Position numbers and translations under genes: made by a program
The notes under the pieces: generated by a model
Databases searched by the model: none
What the model was told of the DNA's origin: nothing
The model's input: only the letters and a program-made list of their open reading frames with translations
In this document: in pieces, positions 38,226-52,400 of the stretch
Numbering within the stretch: the stretch's first letter is position 1
Layout of the letters: each line of letters begins with the position of its first letter
DNA from: Phoronis australis
Lineage: Eukaryota; Animalia; Phoronida
Length of the DNA: 64,000 nt
Assembly (NCBI GenBank): GCA_002633005.1
Contig: NMRA01000134.1
Span: 286,204 to 350,203, forward strand
Reading direction: 5' to 3'

Positions 38226-38686
38226 ATAGTGAAGAATAAATGCTTGCTCTCCAATACATGTTGCTGTGTCCACAACTTTGTCAATCACTCATACCTTCGT
38301 TGTCATGGTGGCGATGATTGACAAAGTGATTTTCTCACTGTTTGTTGGTTTTGGCATAGTTTGTAAATCACCAGGGTCTGTGATGCATGCACAAAGGTCC
38401 TTATAACAGAGGCCCAGTATGAAGCATGTCTGATACTAAGCATTTTCCTATACAGTTGACTCCACCATTGTCAAAGCTTCGAAATAAATTGTGGTTAACT
38501 GTCTGAAGTTAAGCATTAATTACCATTCCCATCAGATTCAGAGTTATTTAGTAAACTAGTTCATGGAAGTTATCGCAAGGTGACGTTAATATGACCTTCA
38601 CTGAGCAAAGACTGTATGATGTATGGTGGTAACTTGATTTGCGCACTCTTTACGTTCAGTGATTTTTTATGTAACGAATCCAGCAA

Positions 38687-38868
38687 CAGTGCATGGATTA
38701 ATTGAAACAGAATGCTTACAGTGGCAGGTCATGCCCCCCCCCCCTAAAATTCTCCCTGATTCTATTTCGCTGTTTGGGGATGCAAATGTCTCACTCTGAC
38801 GGGCAAAATTCTGTCGAATACTCTGCCCTGGCCCTCCCCCCTAACTCAAAATCCTGGGTCCACCCCTG
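38687..38868. mobile_element. Decayed copy of the hAT5-like MITE family
   Basis: cagtgcatggat...gtccacccctg with core tgacgggcaaaattctgtcgaatactctgccc. TSD not recognisable. Confidence 0.55.
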
Positions 38869-41668
38869 GCTTATATTGCCCAAATAACACTGAAGCTTCA
38901 AAGGCAGTGATAACTGAAAGGCCATATTAGCATGTTCTTAGCCTGTTACTAGCAGGTTTACCATGCAGTAACAGAGAATGCTGTCCATCAAACTTTCAAT
39001 CACCATTTAGCACATGGAGCATTTTATGATGGCAAGCAATATAGAAAATGTCTATTGGGTACAAACATTATTGTATATTGTATGGGTTTTATGGTTATCA
39101 GGTTGCTTATCTGAGTGGAATGTTTATTGGCTCATCAGTGTAGATATAAAGAATGCAAGAATGTCTTCCCTTGTTTAATGGCTTTGCAAACATTTTGCGA
39201 CATTTAATGCCTATGTGGGACTTCAGATTCCATGTTTGGTGCTTAGTATCTGAAGCGAAGTATATTCCAGATTGAGAAATATTTTGCTCCATTTGTGTTA
39301 ATTTTTTTACTCTTTTTGATAAGATCGAAACATTGCTTAAAGAATTTTTTTTTGTTGAAAAATGGATAAATTTCAGAGTAGACTTTTTGGCTGATTTTCA
39401 TTGTTTTCCTGGGCAAATTTTGACATTTGGATGAAAGTAAACATGTTAAAAACTTTTCCAACCATTTTTTGGAACTTGTGTATTAGCAAACGAACTTGTG
39501 TCAAATTTAACCATCTTTTGTAATGTGTCCTGGCACTCTGCTTTTTACTTGAACAGAAGATTACCGCATGAAACATCTCGACACATTTTAATGAAGGGAA
39601 TGAATGACTTGAGCAAATTTCTTTGGTTGAAATTTACAAAAAGTCTACTATACTATAGTGCAATAAAAAGTTCTTACTAGTAAATTTGAGTACCAACACT
39701 CATTTCTTGAAAACAGGTAATGTGTATCAGAACTGTAATGCTGAAGTACATAATAGTTGAGCATTAAAAACTGTAAATTATCCCCTATTTGGAACTGTTT
39801 TCATGATTGTAAATTTCCTTCCTTCAAATCTAAAACATTAAATTTTCACCTTTTCTGATACATTTTAGCATCCCAAACTGACAAAATCCTCATTATTAAA
39901 GGGGCACTTCTGTCAATTGGTCTGTCTGGTTAATTCTATCACTTGGCTTTTGAAGTTTTAGTTACCGTGACAATTAGTAGTTTGTACCAACAAAATAGAT
40001 TGAAAGATAACCTGTGAATCTGTGACTGATAATGGTGTCACCTATTTTGAAGGGTTGACCAACCCCTGATAATGACATAGCCTGGTTTTGAAGGGTTACT
40101 CAACTCTTTTGAAATTGATGTCTTTTGACATAATTCCTTTTAACTTGCCAATTCCCAGAATGATCTGTTTGAGAATAAAAATCACGATATGGAAATGTTT
40201 GAACAATAATTTATACTGTTGAGTAACTTAGAAGGAAATGTGATCTCAAACCTTATTCGAACTCATGTATCAAAAAATATGCTTGTCACCTAGTAACAGT
40301 GTATATTTTCTAAAAGGAAAAGATCAGGCAATATGAAAATATATTTTACATTTATATGCCATTAGTGTTATTACGATAACACCTTTTTTAAGTCAAAATT
40401 TCATTTTTAAGAAAGGTACATTCATAACAAAATAACCCCTCTCAGATTACCTAAAAAACGCTGTTAGGAAATTTTCGATTTGCCTTTTCCTTTGATTTCT
40501 TTGACAAATCAACTCACAAAACGTAAGGCACGTTGTAAAAAAAAGGATTCGTTTTTGTCTTTGTTACATTACGCAAAAGCTAGACCTTTATATCGAAAAT
40601 GCCAACAGTGTTTTTGAGATTGTTGAATAAATATTCAGTTTCAAAAGTTTCAGCGAAATCAACAATGCCGTTTTCAAGAACTCGTGCTCCTAAGTTCAAA
40701 TTAAGTCAGTTTGCCGAAGGCGACAAATAGCCGATGGTGTGGCGAGACTTGAAAATCTTTAGGACTTCAGTTAATTATTCCGTGAAAACTTGTTTTGGTC
40801 AATATAACTTATACACCCCTTGGCCACGATCATTATTTCAACATTCATGCACAAAGTCATCTGAATTTGCAGTGCACAATCAACTCTATTACCACAAAAA
40901 CGTTTTATCAGCCAAGTCATTTCCCAATGTATGTTATCCAAGTAGGTCATGCGGGCGGAGCCAACTTGTTGGTGCATTATGGTCCACTTTAAAGTAGGTC
41001 AACAATTCACCACATGCTGAGAGACTGATATGAAAACCAAGTAGGAAATGGATACAGAAATCGGGTCGGAGGTTAAAGCACGTGAGCATGTGAGATTGAA
41101 ACAGCGAAATGTCAAATTACCTGAATTAAGGAATTTGGGTGTGGATTTATCTCTTTTAACAACTTGTTGTGTTTGTGAAGTCACAGAGGCATGAGGCGAC
41201 TCGTAGCATTTGTTCTCAACAATTGTATGCATGCAGACCCACAACTGTCTCAGGATCAAAGCTACATTTTATCTTCGTTTCCCCCGGCATTTTTCTGTTA
41301 TATGTACACATTGTTGGCGCAATATTATGTCGAGTCGGTGAATGAAAGGACTTAAGGTATATACGGAGCTGCTCTGCGCCTGGCAGGAGATTCTATTTGC
41401 ATGACAGCCCCGTAACCTTTGACCTCGGATAAGTAGTAAATAAATTTCCACGCGGTTGTGCGGTTCCAAGGTGGTTCTGCCAAATCTTTTTCTTGCTACA
41501 CGGTGTACATTTCGTATTTGAAGTTCCCTGAGAATGAAGATAAGGTATTTTGCTAGACATATGGGAAATATTGTAAAAATGGCCAATTTTTGAGAATAAG
41601 ATTTGAGATATCCTAAAGAATGTCATACTTTTATATTGAGGTTAACACATTGCACTTGTTCTCAATAG

Positions 41669-41782
41669 CTGAAACACAAGCGTGAAGAGAATGATGAAGA
41701 ACTTTTACTTAAGGTTCAGGAACAGATGAGACTCGACCGGGAACGTGAACAGGAAGAGCTTAGGATAATGAAGGAGAAATCA
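41669..41782 (+). CDS. TnT: Troponin T-like exon (LKHKREENDEELLLKVQEQMRLDREREQEELRIMKEKS)
   Basis: AG/GTGAGT boundaries, 114 nt, phase 0-0. Resembles the TnT R..EEEEL..LKEK coiled coil. Confidence 0.85.
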
Positions 41783-42174
41783 GTGAGTATACATGTTCGT
41801 AGTCTATTTTTGAAATCTTAAAGTGAGGCTGCTTGTGTGTTTTAGAAGGGTTAACATGCCAAAACTTCACCTGTGAGCCAATGGACGACTAGAAATGGTG
41901 TCTTGCCTCTTTTTAGAATTATTTTTTGAAAAAATCTAAATAAAAACAAAGCAAGACTGACACCATGGGCACGTGTCCCAACATAACGGTCACACAAGTT
42001 GTTGAGCCCGTGATGTGCCTGCAGTTTTTCACTTGAAAAAGCCCTCTACCAAGTGTATCAGATGTTATAATAATCACCTACTTCTTGCTAGAGTACATAA
42101 GGTTTGCCCTAGGTCTACAGTGTGATAAAAATTTGGAACATCTAGGCATCTTATTAAAAAGTTTGAAAATCAAC

Positions 42175-42245
42175 CTGAACACAAAGTGAACACAACGTGA
42201 ACACAAACTGAACACAAACTGAACACAAACTGAACACAAACTGAA
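42175..42245. repeat. 11-bp tandem repeat (ctgaacacaaa), about 6 copies
   Basis: Directly visible. Confidence 0.85.
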
Positions 42246-42507
42246 AGCTGTGCCTGAATGTGGCTTTTCTGTCTGGAAATTTTTTTGAAACTTGCAATGA
42301 ACTCCCAGGTTTTGAAACTTGTATTGTGATGTTTTGAGGAAACTTAAAGTCATGATAAAAATTCTAATGCATGAAAACATTAGAATGTCTTAAAAGTCAA
42401 CACCACTGGTTTTGACCCATAATATAGTCATCGCCTTGGTAACCCTGCATAGAGAAGTCCCTGAATATTTTGTATTCATGACATTCAACACAGTTTGATC
42501 TTCTTCG

Positions 42508-42612
42508 ATTGCAACAGATTGCTGGATCTATTTTTGGATTGCAACAGATTTGCTAGATCTGTTTTTTCATTGCAACAGAGAGCCAAATCTGCTGTTTAAT
42601 CGGAACAGATTT
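42508..42612. repeat. Degenerate tandem repeat of about 30 bp (attgcaacagatt.gct.gatct)
   Basis: 3-4 copies visible. Confidence 0.6.
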
Positions 42613-45479
42613 CCAAATATGTGCATAACTTATAACCATGTTGTCTTCTGTGTTTATCACAAGTTAGTGCACACTAGGTACTTCCACTATAACTCACTGG
42701 CAGGTGGGGCAGTAATTCCCTGCTCAAGCCATTTCCGTAAGTCCTAGAAGTGAAGGTCTGGATCTTAGTTATGAACTAAGTAAACTCCTTCCTTGCCAAG
42801 GGCTCTTAGGGCCTATGTCTACTTGTCAGGACAATGGACTATTTGATAAGACATAAATTGCCATTACTATCTGGAGTAAAAGATCTCACTTGATGCATGT
42901 ATTATGATGACAACTATATCTTTCTCCTTGATTCTTGTTTGCTTACCATAATTTCTTGTTTATTGCTTTTTTTGTTAAAAGACCAGCAAAACTCCATCAT
43001 TCAGACAACCAGATATTCAACAAGGTGCTAGGACAAGCAGTAAACTTTTTCATGTGTATTCATTTCTCTTTATCGTCCTTTCAGCAATTCACAACTGGCA
43101 ACCTTTCCCCTCTAACTGCTTGGCACCTCACACTTGTCACAACTTATGTAAGGTCTGATATGGCCCCCCGCTTTGGAATTCCTATGAGTCTCTGATGGCC
43201 ACAGTCTTTCACCAAATTTCCTGATGGTGATCGCTACTGTGCAAAATTTGAAATTTGTGAAGCATTGCTACTACTATATCTTATCACTGAAAAAGTAAGG
43301 TATCACTCCTCTGCCATTCTGCTTCCTAACTTGGTGACCAGATTTTAACTAAGGCATGTTTTGAAACATTTGAAATGCTGGTAGTAGTAAGGGGTTTTTC
43401 AGTGTACTTACTCAGAGACGTGTTGGTACAGGATTAGTTGAGATTTCATCCTTTACTCACCTTCAACCACTCAGCCCAGCTTAGCTCATGTCAATACTGT
43501 TTGCACTGTTCAAAAGTAAGGTGATTCTCATCACCTACAACTGAACAGTCTTTATTAGTATACTGTCTCTGCTAGCTGCCATTAACACCTCTTAGTGTTG
43601 CCTGAGTTCTGCAGGCCAAAAGGTGGTTCAATAGGGACTGTGTGCAAAGTTGGAAATTCTTTCCGGTGGGGTTAGCCCAAGATATTGGTTTGGACTCCTT
43701 ACTATGGGCAATACACCCTCAGACACTGAAGGAAAGAAGGAAGGCTCTAACAAAGATGGTGTAATATGTGAAGAGGCCAAAGATATGCTGGATGGTTGTG
43801 TGGACATGGACGCTATTGATGCAGATAGTTGCACTGTTGATGTTACGGAGGTCTCCAAGAAAGAATCTGGTCATAAGCAAAAGGTTTTAAGCATTTCTGT
43901 TAATGAACAGTGATAGAACTAGTTTTGCAGTAACGTCCATTGTGTTCGTTACCTGCCTGTATGTGAGCAGACCATGAAGTAGGACTTGTTGGTAAAGTCC
44001 CAGTCATGTATCGTGTTTGTTGCTATTTATACTATGGCCAGAATAAACACTCATTTGGAAATATTGATTTCTATCTCTCCTCATATCAGAGGGAGCTCCA
44101 CTGTCAAAGCTAGCTTAGCATGATCTGGCCACCTTGTCATGGTTTACAAGGAAAAACGTTCACTACAGCCCTTGCATTAACACATTGGTTATGCCCAGAA
44201 GGGGCCTTAGGTCCCTAGATCCCTACCTACGAGATCTAACGCCCAGTTGACCCCATTGATCTACTTGTAATAGGGTGTACTTGGATGGACTCGCATTCAA
44301 TCCCACGGAGGGAGTCACTGGTTTTCATAGCGAATCCTTGAATGGGTACAGATAATATTTCCAACATATTCACCTGTTATTGAAGCAATATAAGCTTGCT
44401 CCACCCGAACAAAACCTGTTCGTGACAAAGATTGAGGGGGGNGGGGGGGGGGGTTAGTAGAACTAATGTGTGTTCTTGCTTTGTCAGAAATGTTCAGGCA
44501 GGCCTTGAGAAGCTCTCTGAGTATTCACAGGAACTGTTGAAGCCAGTGAATACAGAACTGTGGAAACTAATTGTTAGACAAACAATAAGCAAAACAACTA
44601 CATTGTGTTGTTTTACTGATAGGTTTTGTTTCTGAAAATTAGAACACTGTATTTTTGTGTTTAGGTAAGGTCAAGTGATACAATTAGTACATCACATATT
44701 CCAGTATGAAATCTGTATTGCAAATGTAACGCAACATTAGCTTGTCAAAAATGATTGGATACCCCCGGGACATTGCTTATTCATTTACGATTATTGACTT
44801 ACATTCCATGCATTTTCTGTCTGGATGAAAAATTGTGATAGAGAATATATTAGGTTAGAAGTAATAATGATTTTACTGTAGCAATAACTCAGACACTCCT
44901 CCAAGTCTTTATTCATAGCATTCGATGTGAAGTATTTGTTGTATGTTTAATGAATGTTGTAGGTATATTTATGAAAGCTATATAGTCCCTCTTCATGTGG
45001 ATAATCATTTATTTGTCAAATATGGGATACAGGCAAGGAATTCGGGTGGGGCATAATTGGTCAAGTTTTGGAAACCTGTCCAATGAAATAAAATGAAACT
45101 CGTTTTGGAATTTGGTAAAATCATTTTTACGTTGAGTGAAGTTATGTCCCCTGTTGGTAATTGTGGATGATGAACGTATGAGTTGCATTTAGAGCTTGTT
45201 GATTAGTTTTGATCTTTCTTATGTATAATTATTTTGTTTCTTTCAGTTTACATGTGTTGCTGTAATGTAAAGCTTTATATCGTCCTGTTCAGCTGGTCAA
45301 GAAACAAAAATTTAACCCTAAGTTGTGAACAAGAACCTTGAAACCATCAGTGACTCACTAATAATGGCACGTGTATGCATCATTGTTTGTGACCTAAGTT
45401 GATAACAGAAATAGAATCCTATCATAATGAGGAATACTGTCAGACTGATTTTATGAGAATAAAAGGCCGAATTTGATTT

Positions 45480-47210
45480 TTGTTTATTAGCCAGCTAAAC
45501 ACGGCGAAATGCAGCTATATCATGGAACACTAATGTTGACAGTCTTGTTGCAGCATATTTTTATGTGCCCACATATTTATATGTGGTCACATATTGCCGT
45601 CATCTGTGTTTGGGCATCCGGGCGTCCGTCGTCCGCAGTTGTATCTCCTAAACCCCTCACAGGATCTTGATGAGATTTGGCAGGTGTATTTCTATGAAGC
45701 TGATGACGAATGGCGACGAATTTCGGACCTCTTCGACTACCAGTGTGTCCCCTGGTGGCAATTTTAGTTTTTTATGCTTACGTCTGTATCTTCGGAGGTG
45801 CTCCATGGATTTTCATAAAATTTGGAAGTTAGGACCTATCAGTGAGATGATGCCATCCTCCAGTTTTCGGACTTACTCGAGGTAGTTTACGCTACCTAAG
45901 TGGCCATTTTTACTGTTTTTTGGCGTCTGCCCTTCTATCAACCAAACCGCTTTAGGGATGATTTTGAAAATTGGCACATATGCTCTTTCTTTGATGAGGG
46001 CAGCTGATGATGATTTTCCGACGACTTCGATTACTGTGGTGCCACCTAGTGGTAGTTTTGTTTGTTTTTGCGGCCATAAGTGTATCTCCTGAACACTCTA
46101 CAGGATCTTTATTGAATTTTGTTGGTGTATTTATATGAAGTTGACAACAGAGGACGACGACTTTCGAACCTACCGGACTTCTGGTGTGCCCCCTTGTGGC
46201 AATTTTAGTTTTTTATGTTTACCTCTTTATTTTCAAAGGTTGTCAACAGATTTTCATAAAATTTGGCAGCTAGGCATCTATTAGTAAGGTGAAGCTAACA
46301 TCCAGTTTTTGGTTGAATTCGAGGCATTTTGCACCACCAAGTGGCCATTTTTACTGTTTTCAAGTCTGTTTTTTGGCATCTGCCCTTCTGTCAACCAAAC
46401 CACTCTAAGGATTATTGTGTAAATTGGCATGTATGTTCCTAATATGAAGAGGGCTGACGATTTTCTAATGACCTCAACTGCTGTGGCGTCTCCTTGTGGC
46501 AGTTTTTTTACGCCCATGGCTGTATCTCCTAAACCCTCTGCAGGATCTTTATCAAATTTAGCAAGTGTATTTATATGAACTTCACAACAAACGACGACAA
46601 CTTTCAGATGAATCGGACAATCGCTGTGCCCCCTAGTGGCAACATTAGTTTTTTAGTGTTACCTCAGTCTGTATCTTCAATGGTCGTCAACGGATTGTCA
46701 TAAAATTTGCCAGATAGGCATCTATTAATGAGCTGACGCTATTCTTTGGTTTTCAGTTTGATTTGGGTGATTTGTGCCACCCAGTGGCCATTTTTCCTGT
46801 TTTTGAGTCCTGTTATTTGGCGTCTGCCCCTCTGTCAACCAAACCACTCTAAGGATGCTTGTGGAAATTGGCATGTATGTTCCTAATGTGAAGGGGAAGT
46901 CTGACAATGATTTTCTGACGACGTCATCTACTGTGGCGCCTCTTAGTGGCAGTTATGTTTTTTGCGCCTATAACCTCCTAGTGGCAATTTCATTTTTTTT
47001 TGCTTTCCTCAGTTTCTCAGAAGTTCTTTGATAGATTTTTATGAAATTTGGTAAATAGCTTTGATGACACATACCAGTTTTCGGATAGATTCGATGTATT
47101 TTGCATCATACAGTGGCAATTTTTATGTTCCACATAAGCACCCCTAGAAGCACACACTATTTGCGGTGCATTCATAGGCGCATTTCAACACTCCGCTTTG
47201 CTCTTGTTAC
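45480..47210 (+). mobile_element. Helentron-associated (HINE/DINE-like) element with tandem 440-bp units
   Basis: T-rich flanks, short IR gtgcccacata..tatgtggtcac, (GTCC)-like tract, then units starting gtatctcct at 45641, 46082 and 46522, each made of three subunits of about 147 bp. Confidence 0.7.
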
Positions 47211-47252
47211 AATGACTTTATTGCTTGGTTGTGCCTTTTACAGCACGCGTGA

Positions 47253-47398
47253 GCACACCAGTATTGAGGTGCACACCAGTGTTGGAGTGCACACCAGTAT
47301 TGGGGTGCACACCATTATTGAGGTGCACATCAGTGTTGAGGTGCTCACCAGTGTCGAGGTGCACAAAATGTAATATACACAGTGTTGGGGTGCACAAA
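47253..47398. repeat. 18-bp minisatellite (gtgcacaccagt(a/g)ttgag)
   Basis: About 6-7 copies visible. Confidence 0.85.
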
Positions 47399-48053
47399 AT
47401 GTAATATACACTTATTGGCTGGTTAAGTTTGATTTTTATGTGAGGCCTGAAACAAAACAATAGCAATGGGATTCATGACGTAATTGTTGGTATTAAGTTT
47501 CACATAAAAATGATAGGCATGTGAATGTCACAGTGGGATTGACTAGAAATATTTTGGTACCAAACAGAATAGAAAACATGTGACCAAACTCACTAAAACA
47601 AAAACATGAAGGTTAACCTAGCTAGAATTCTCAAGTGTTAAGTTCCTAGACTGAAATATTTGTGTCAAATGTTTTCCTCAACAAGGCTTTTTGTAGTCGC
47701 ACATTCAGTTGTTCTATAGTGTTCTAGGAGACTGCATGGAACACCACGGGGTTGTTAATAATTTAGATAAATTTCCAGAATGATGTTATGTGATAAGGTC
47801 ACTTTTCCTGAAGTCTAAAAAATGTTATAACTCAAATGTCAAAGGCTTAGTCAAGTGTTAAAAACACCCAAAATTTCACTTTATTGTTAAGTGACAGATG
47901 CATTATAGTAACTGCTAGTTGTGGAGCTAAGAAAAGTTATCATCTGTTTTTGTTAAAACATTTGACTAAATAAAATTTTACTGCTCCACTATATTGTGTT
48001 CTAAATCGATATTAAGCTTTACTATAAGTCAGTTATCTGTGGTGTGGTTATAG

Positions 48054-48140
48054 GCAGAGAGACGGAGACAGAGAGCAGAAGAGGAGAGACAACTGGCAGC
48101 TGAAAGGTTGGAAAGAGAGAAATTATTCCGTGCAGAGGAG
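48054..48140 (+). CDS. TnT: Troponin T-like exon (AERRRQRAEEERQLAAERLEREKLFRAEE)
   Basis: tatAG / GTGAGG boundaries, 87 nt, phase 0-0. Resembles the TnT AKRK..RAEEE segment. Confidence 0.85.
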
Positions 48141-49479
48141 GTGAGGCGTTAGTAGTCTGATAGAGCTGGTAGCGCTGCCTATTGGACACTGTCAGAATCT
48201 TAAAGCAGAAAATGTCATTGCTAACATCTTTTTTTGAAAATTATCATTTTGTGTTTTTGTCTGATTACCTGAAATGATATTTATAAGTTACCTGGACACC
48301 TTTCTTTCAGTTTTAATTTTAATTACACATGGGCTTCAAAAATATTTTTTACTATTTTTTGCTTACTTAAAGGGCTTTTGCAAACCCCTGTAGGGCAAAA
48401 GAAGACTTTTAAAATTGTCGAATTTTAACCCTCATGGTCATAAACTTATCTCAACTTTTTCTTTACTTAGATTAAACATTTTCCAATTTGCGGCACCAAA
48501 ATCCAAGCCGAAATTGAATTTTTCTGATTCTGAAATTTGTTGCACCGACATTTTTGCGTTTTTCATATTTCTCAAGTTCTGAACACTGCAAGTTTTAGCA
48601 TAACAAGGTCTGAAAACAGGGTAGAGTTGAGTAACGCTAGGACCTTGCTAAAAGGCAAGACTTCACGAGATTACGTGAGATATTGCTGTGTATTTCAAAT
48701 GAGAACACGTGATTTTGGCTAGATTTTTGCAAGGTCCTAGTGTAGGTCCTATCATACGTTCTAGTGCTATTGAAGTCTACTTGGATTTGCAAGCAACGTT
48801 GATTACTTGCAGGTCAACAAAAATTGCCACTAGATCCCTGGTATGGTTGCTGTTGTGCTCTACATCTGATTCAGTTTGTGAATGGTTGACATGCTTCTCT
48901 TGCCATGTATGATAATACCATGACAACACGTGTATTTTGGACATGGACAAATCTCCAGTCTTTTAATTCTTGAGTTTTGGATAGACAACATTGCGAATTG
49001 TACAGGATCTAAGCTGGAACAAAATAATATTTTTTACCATCTGTAGAATTTGTAGACAAAGTGTAATTTCTTGACAAGAATTAAAGTGTGAGTTCATTAG
49101 AGACCATGCCTGGTGCATGAATTGACCTGATGAGTCAAACAAACATACTGAGCCTGTTTTTGAACAGTCCCCAAATTTAGAAAACACTTATACTCTGAGT
49201 TAGGTACAGGTGGAGATCAGTTTTATAAAGTTAGTGGTCTACTTAAATCATAAGTTGGCATGTTGCCAGACGGTGGGTCCTTGGCAATTTTTGCCAGAAC
49301 AAACTGGTATTATCTACTGAAAACATGTCTGATTTTGCTTTTTATAATTTATTATACTTATTTTCATTAGTTCAAAATTATTCCATGGATCACATGCTCA
49401 TTAATTTTTATGCGGGCCGTAATATCATACAGTACATGGTTACAACACAGTCCTTAGGCAGGCTAATTAATATGCAGAT

Positions 49480-52400
49480 TGTATGTATGTATCTATGTAG
49501 TTTGTATTTATATGTGTATATATTTATTATGGTGACAAGTACAATTAATTCAAACAGTTATAGGTATAACATTCGTAAGAAAGATAAGTACCCAGCCCAG
49601 TTGGGCTTATTAGTCACTTTAACCACACAACTCAGATGTAGGCCTACCATAAATGCGTCGGTTTTTAAGTTCAAAAGCAGACTTGATATATTTGGCGAAT
49701 GGCCTAGGGAAACACTGAAACGGCAGTTTTAATATCTCTAATCTTCTGAAATCTGCACAGTTCAGGACTTAAAGTGAAACATTATGAATTGGAATAGATA
49801 TCTGTGAGTTGTAAAGAGAACAATCAAACACAAAATGTAGCTCATCCTCCACAGAACCAGAATCATAACACAAGCAAAGTCTTTCATAGGTGTGTTTACA
49901 TTACGACCTGTTTCCAAGTGCAATGGTTGATTTCCTGCTCTATGAGCCAAAAGAGATCGCTCAGAATGAGGTAAATTAAGCTTCACATGCGGTTCAGTTA
50001 AAAACTCGTGCTTACGTAAAATGTAGGTTTTTAACTTGGGTTTTGTTACAACAGACTCAGCCCAAACATGTTTCGAGTATTCAAATAGTTTGTTTCAAGC
50101 ATCTACTGTGTTACAAGTAGTCAAATTTTGAAAACAGGATTGCATGCCAATTGTGGTAAACAAATTTTTGATACCGTCCATCTAATCATTTCTACCAACA
50201 GAGTACTCCCATAGAAATACATTTTTTGGTAACCTATCACCACCTGTGGTCACCAATTTGTTTCAAAGACACAACATGTTCAATTTAAATCTGTTTCCGG
50301 TGGAATCCCACCCCATATCGCCACCAGCAGCATGAGTGGCTGTAAATCAGTTGACCCCTACATAAAAACGCATAGCTCTGTTTGAATATTTTCATCATTA
50401 CCAAAATTTTTGTAACCCCAAACAGATGACCCGTAATCCAAAATTGGTGCCACACAGGAATTAAATAATGTTTTAATTATGTTTTGTATCCTTCAGATTC
50501 TTGTTAACATGGAATGTTGACCATATCTTCCCCAACACTCTACCAGAAGTTTCAGATAATGTATTGAAATTTTCTTTGAAGTCAAGGTGTTGATCCAGAA
50601 TACAGCCTAAATATTTGTATGAGGAATTATAACTAATGACACTATTTAAAAATAAATTCAAAATTGCTTAAAGGTGTAGACTTAGCTCGAAAATAGACGC
50701 TAGTTTTTGCCATGTTTACAACCATTCTCCACTTTTTACACCCTGTCCAGTTTCTTAAAACCATCGACATATCTTGCATGTCATTTTCATTCTCTTACAA
50801 AAGTGCAATATTGTCAGCATAAAGAGGCATTGAAATATTGTCAGCATAAAGAGGCATTGAAATATTGTCAGCATAAAGAGGCATTGAAATATTGTCAGCA
50901 TAAAGAGGCATTGAAATATTGTCAGCATAAAGAGGCATTGAAATATTGTCAGCATAAAGAGGCATTGAAATATTGTCCGGGCCACATTTGACACCTTTAC
51001 CCAATTGTTTAATTTCCACAGCTAAGTCATTTATGTATAAGGCAAAGAATGTCAGTGATAATACGCCCCTCTGACGGAAACCATTTTCAGTAGTGAACCA
51101 ACCACTACGGATACAGAGTGCCATTTAATCGTATACAGTTCAATGAACTTCTGTAAAGCACACGAATTGCATCCCTCATTTGACCATTAATATCATTTTG
51201 TAGTAATGTATCAAACAAAACTTCATGGTTTGTCAGTCAAAAGCGTGTTGATGTCCTCAAATGTTACAAATTAATGTAAAAAGGTTAGACAACTTTCTTG
51301 TTTGAATAATTGATGACAGGACATATATGTGATCAATACAGGACCATTCAGGCTTTGAAAACAATTTTGCACATCAACTAAAATATTGTTCTGTTCACAG
51401 AAACCCACATTTCTATTATTTTACACAGTACTGAAGAGTTTATAAATATTTGAAAGAAGGCTAATCCCACAGTAGTTCAAAGTTATTCTAGGGTCGTCTG
51501 TAGAATTCATAGCTTAAAAGATTCATTAAACAACTGGGTTAGAAAAACAATAATTTCGAATTTTAACACCCCATAAGCTATACAGTCATAGCCGACGGCT
51601 TTGTTATTCTTTGCTTTCTTGACAGTTCTAACCTCATCAATAGAGATTTCACAATTTAAGCCATGATCAATATTAGAACAATCTTTTTCTAGCTGCGTTT
51701 GCAAATTCAAGGTTTTCAAATAAAATTAATCATCTTATAGGTTAGTGTATTTTCAGAACTGCATATTTTAAATAATTGTTCGTAATCATTTTCCCATTTA
51801 TTTGAAACAAAATTTCTATCAGTTTATTTTATTTGAATCCAAGACTTCCAGGGGAACTTCGCTAAACTGATTTGGTCCCAGTTTCTAATATATGCCCAGA
51901 AATCCTTAGGATTTTCAGTATTCAGATTCTCAATTTCAATCTGAACGTTCAACTTGTATGAATGTTTCGCGCATTTAATTTTTTTTGTCAAATTTATATC
52001 GAGCAGACAGAAATAGTTGTTTGTAACATGACCAATTCCTGCATCCTCTTTGACTTCTTGAAAGTTGTTTTTCAATGTGCTTTAATTTTGTCCACAAATC
52101 GTTGAGTTCCGAATTCCAATAAAGCTGATTCCTTTTAAAATACTTTCCTAGTTTACGACTCTGATAATAATCCTTGTAATCCAGCAAGGAATCCGTTTCC
52201 TTAATGAATAGATCAACAAATTTCTGATACACTATATGAAGTTGGTTCTGATGTTCATAGGATAACAATAATGAATCAAATAAACATAAAATTTCTTCAT
52301 TAAATGTCACATTATTACTTAATTCTGCCGGGATAATGGAGACGTCGTATTTACATTTTTTCGAAAGAGTATTTAAATCTAAAGGCCTGTCCATACCACG

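Noticed and set aside
39896-41645. Kolobok-like termini (ttaaaggggcac at 39896, ggtccactttaa at about 40990) and CpG-rich block
   Set aside because: Probably TE-derived, but left and right ends could not be paired.
43000-44370. Possible decayed transposase on minus strand (Ser-rich ORF 43628-43858)
   Set aside because: No diagnostic motif or termini could be established.
50807-50977. CRISPR-like array (also considered for 47253-47398, 54131-54298 and 63695-63985)
   Set aside because: Head-to-tail repeats without unique spacers, in eukaryotic context with no cas genes.
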